Source of the DNA: Heterodontus francisci
Taxonomy: Eukaryota
Length of the DNA: 64,000 nucleotides
Direction of reading: 5' to 3'
Assembly (NCBI RefSeq): GCF_036365525.1
Contig: NC_090373.1
Span: forward strand, 40,339,590 to 40,403,589
Made by a program: the position numbers and the translations under genes. Numbering within the stretch: position 1 is the stretch's first letter; each line of letters opens with the position of its first letter. The notes below the pieces were generated by a model that saw only the letters and a program-made list of their open reading frames with translations, had not been told where the DNA came from and did no database searches. Shown here in pieces: positions 60,091 to 64,000 of this stretch.

Positions 60091-60804
60091 AGTTAATCTT
60101 ATTCTGAAAGTCATCAGAATAATTGGTGGGACTGTAGCAGTGGAACAGAAGAGAGTCTCGTTTTGAGGATGGTTTTAAAAAACATTAGTAGGGCAGTGTA
60201 GAAGGAGGCTTTCAATGCACCCGCCCTGCAAATGGTCAGATAAAGCTGATCTTGAGTGAAAATGTGAAAAAAGTGTTCTGTTGCTCAGGATTGTCATGTC
60301 AACCTGATGAACCTCAATAATTGCGATAATAATGCATAGTATGTCTGTATACTAATGTAAGAAATTACTGTATAGAAATGCAAAGAGTAATGGAGGATAA
60401 ATATAATTGCAGTAAAATTATTTATTATTCAGTATTCTTTGACAGCATAATTTTGCATTCTATTCATTTGTGACATCAAGTAGAACAGTGGATTACTCAT
60501 TCTGTTTCATTACTGGAGAAAACAATTCTTAAGTGACACTCACAAGTGAAGGTCTTCTTCAGTAGTGGAATAAATTAGGCTTTCTATGAGGTCCGATGTC
60601 TGATCTACTTGTGGGACAAGTAAACTTTTTTGTCACAACATGTATTTTGCATTTTTTTAAAATTATACATGTTTTTCAGGACTGTTGCAATTATTACACA
60701 AATGAGCTCCACACAAAGGTTGGAAGCTAAGGAATTAATCCAAGTCCATGAGAAATGAAAGAAGAATGGGACACCCGGATAAGCTACTGGTCCATGGTGG
60801 CCTT

Positions 60805-61075
60805 CGCATATTTATGGTGAGGGAACTCAATGATGCTGATGGTGTTGAAGTCATGGGGTGCTGGTTAGAACTTTTCATATTGGAGATGGCCATTGCCAGC
60901 TACTTATGTAGTGTGAATTTTACTTATCATCTCAAAGCTGTAGTTTTCCATAGCTTACTGTATTATCATTGTGAATGCAATTCAGTCGTAAGAATTGTCA
61001 GTAAAGATCCCCAATCCTGATCTTATGATGGAAACAAAGTCATTGATGAAGTAGCTAAAGATAGTTGGGCCAACA
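60805..61075 (-). mobile_element. Old family B LINE fragment
   Basis: Reverse complement gives GGCCCAACTATCTTTAGCTACTTCATCAATGAC and ATGGCCATCTCCAA, matching ~33298-33530. Confidence 0.7.
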
Positions 61076-61189
61076 TTTGATAGAATGCTCTTTCATCAGA
61101 TGTATATAGGAATAAAACATCTCAAATATTCAAATCAACACGATTAGACAAATAAATTAAAAATATATATTTTAGTTCATTCTAGCTAT

Positions 61190-62341
61190 GGACTGAATTT
61201 TAGGACACAAAAACAGGTAGGTTGGTTTCAGGTCCGATGTTAGAGTTTTAAAAATCTGAACACTGACCCCAACCTGCCTCCTTTCCGGGTTTTACAGTGA
61301 CAAAACAAGGGGCAGGCAGCCAACCTGCTCCCAGGGGTGCGTTGGCAATTAAATATCTTAATGAGGTTGGCAGCCTCTGATTTTACATACTTTACATGTT
61401 TTACAGTGGGCGGCTGGGTTTCCCAGGCCTCAGGAAACCTAGCAGCTGAAGTGTGGTGAAGGCAGCTTCAGGGAGAAGAAGGAGCCCCAAGCTTTCCCCC
61501 AATAGACCAGCCCCCATACAAAGGTACCAAGAGCGACGTCTCAATTCATTCCATCCTTGCTGCCTCCGGAGAATCCATGGCATCAAGTGGCAGGACCGTA
61601 TCTCCAACGCAGAAGTCCTCGAGGCGGCCAACATCCCCAGCATATACACCCTACTGCGCCAGCGGCACTTGAGATGGCTTGGCCATGTGAGCCGCATGGA
61701 AGATGGGCAGGATCCCCAAGGCCATCGAACTCGTCACTGGCATTAGACCCACTGGCCGTCCATGTCTCCGCTTTAAAGACGTCTGCAAACGTGGCATGAA
61801 GTCCTGTGACATTGACCACAAGTCGTGGGAGTCATTTGCTAGTGATCGCCAGAGCTGGCGGACAGCCATAAAGGCGGGGCTAAAGGGTGGCGAGTCGAAG
61901 AGACTTAGCAGTTGGCAGGAAAAAAGACAAGTGCAAGGAGAGAGCCAACTGTGTAACAGCCCTGACAACCAATTTTATCTGCAGCATCTGTGGCAGAGTC
62001 TGTCACTCTCGAATTGGCCTTCATAGCCACTCCAGGCGCTGCTTCACAAACCACTGACCACCTCCAGGCGATTACCCATTGTCTCTCGAGACAAGGAGGC
62101 CAAAGAAGAAGAATACAAAGACACCAACCCCCAACCACCACCACCCTACCCCAAGCCCTGGTCGTGGATTGGACCTATCTGGGCCTGCAGCCTGCTCCAG
62201 TGTCCTCTCCACATGACTGGAAGCCAACCCCATCACGCTGGCTGACTTCCAAGTGAGGAATCTGTCAGGGCCAAAAGATAGACAGCATGTGGGGAAACTC
62301 CCTCCCTGCCTACATAACCCTCCTCAATTAATAACCAGGCC
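61190..62341. mobile_element. MITE family B with RTE insertion
   Basis: GGACTGAATTTT...AATAACCAGGCC ends. TSD TAT at 61187-61189 and 62342-62344. Confidence 0.7.
61524..62112 (+). mobile_element. 5'-truncated RTE LINE
   Basis: QERRLNSFHPCCLRRIHGIKWQDRISNAEVL..LRWLGHV. (AAG)n tail. TSD ATACAAAG at 61516-61523 and 62113-62120. Confidence 0.92.
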
Positions 62342-63631
62342 TATAAGGTTAGTCAGGGCTGTTTTTCTCTTTCAAGTTCTGTTTTGGATCCTCTCCCATT
62401 GTTTTATATTGTCCTTATTAGTCAGTTGTTTGTCAGTGCATGTTTCTTTTTGTTAGCAAGTTCTTTCCAACAATTATGTGAAGAGTTGCTTTCATTTACC
62501 TGTTGTGGTTTCTTGTTCTACCTTGTTCATACAGTTTACAGAAATGATGCTGTATGTCCAATTCCCTTTATATACCTTAGAAGCTGGAAAATTCACATCT
62601 GTGGCCATTAGAAGCATGTTGCTGAGTGAATTGTTGAAATTCTTTTTTTTATGTATTTTCAACTTGAGTTTGATGCTGAGCTTAAAAAATAGGGGCCTGA
62701 AAATTCCTGGGGTCTTGCACTGCCAGTGTGAGTGTAAGAGAGCTGTCCCTTACCAGACTCTTGCTACAGGATGAAGACTCTGCCCCAAATTCCAAGCAGG
62801 GGTTTCTTGGCGTAGCTGAATGGGCTAACAGTGCTCCTAAGGTTGCGCCAGTGGTAGACGCCTGGATTGAGCTGATCTGCACTTCTGTAGAGGAGTAGAG
62901 TAATCCAGAGGTCCAAATGTGTCAAAGGAAAAGCCTTGTTTTGAAAACTCTTTGGCTGCCACTGAAACACCTCCAACTACAGAAGGTAACCAATTCCCTT
63001 CAGGTTTGATTACCTTACTCTAGTGAAGGTTTAGGGCCTTGAGAAGGCCTCAAAGAGACTTCTATTCGGGTTCAATTAACACGGGTTTTCACTGAGGCCT
63101 TTCAAAGCCTTAAAGGGAGAAATTTCCCTGGGAAGCCCAGGACCAAACCCCCACCCCCCACTTCGCCATGCCTTGCTAACATATCAGTGCAAGAGGGCGA
63201 GCAGCTAAATGCTCGACTGACAAGAGTTGGAGCAATCAATTCAAATAGGGCACGATGCCAGAGGATCCATACTCAACCCATATTCTAGGTCCCCACCAAT
63301 TATAGATGCAACAGAACTCACATCTTTCTCTAGTTTCTCCCTGATCACCTCTCATGGCCTTCAAAATTCAAATTGTTTTATGAATTGAATACACTCCATA
63401 AATTCGCATGTGGAGCTCTATTCTGCATTCCGCCTCGGCACTGAGCCATTCGTGTAAATCTTAACACAATGACAAAATTGTCCCTTAATACAGCTGTATA
63501 ATATCTCATAATTAGTTGGGGTCAGGCCAGTTATTCTGAATATGGGACCTCAGCTGGTATGTGGTTAGGAAATCTCAAAGGATATAAGTAAAGGAACCAT
63601 CCCTGTTAAAAAGGTTTAATGTGCCAATTAC

Positions 63632-63898
63632 AATTTTTTTTATTAATTCATGGGATGTGGGCATTGCTGGCAAGGCCAGCATATGTTGCCCATCCCTAAT
63701 TGCCCTTGACAACTGAATGGCTTACTAGGCCATTTCAAAGGGCAATTAAGAGTCAACCAGATTCTGTGGCTCTGGAGTCACATGTAGGCCAGGCCAGATG
63801 AGGACAGCAGATTTCCTTCCCTAAAGGACATTCATGAACCAGGTGGGTTTTTATGACAATCGAAGTTAGTTTCATGGCACCATTACTGAGAGTAGCTT
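63632..63898 (-). mobile_element. SINE sharing its 3' tail with the family B LINE
   Basis: 63632-63710 is the reverse complement of the family B tail (CAAGGGCAATTAGGGATGGGCAA..CCCACATCCCATGAAT). The rest does not match the LINE and is non-coding. Confidence 0.75.
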
Positions 63899-64000
63899 TT
63901 AGATTAGATTAGATTAGAGATACAGCACTGAAACAGGCCCTTCGGCCCACCGAGTCTGTGCCGAACATCAACCACCCATTTATACTAATCCTACACTAAT
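63899..64000 (-). mobile_element. HE1-type V-SINE 3' end (runs off the window)
   Basis: (TTAGA)n then GAGATACAGCACTGAAACAGGCCCTTCGGCCCACCGAG, nearly identical to 23197-23280. Confidence 0.9.

Noticed and set aside
1-64000. CRISPR array, rRNA or prokaryotic operon
   Set aside because: There is no regularly spaced repeat-spacer array and no rRNA motif, and the sequence is clearly vertebrate.

Overview
Eukaryotic, almost entirely transposon-derived DNA from a cartilaginous fish, most likely a shark. The assignment rests on HE1-type V-SINEs, a DeuSINE/SacSINE1-like element and abundant CR1 LINEs. I found no recognisable host protein-coding exon, rRNA, true tRNA gene or CRISPR array. The recognisable ORFs are transposon fragments or their antisense frames. 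The window is a deeply nested TE landscape. It holds several CR1 lineages, a second CR1/L2-group LINE family ('family B', QVTFAPHKC motif), old L2, RTE insertions, solo LTRs with 4-bp TSDs, and a dense PIF/Harbinger system. The Harbinger system comprises two HARBI1-like transposase pseudogenes (plus an N-terminal remnant), six remnants of the spliced Myb/SANT partner gene and several MITE families with GGGCTGGATTTT-like TIRs. Highlights: (1) a Myb-only Harbinger (ATA TSD) nested inside the Myb gene of a full two-gene Harbinger (TAA TSD); (2) an RTE insertion flanked by a 154-bp target duplication; (3) a near full-length CR1 carrying two further long CR1 insertions. All family names come from motif recognition by eye, not from database searches. 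Boundaries without TSD support are approximate.
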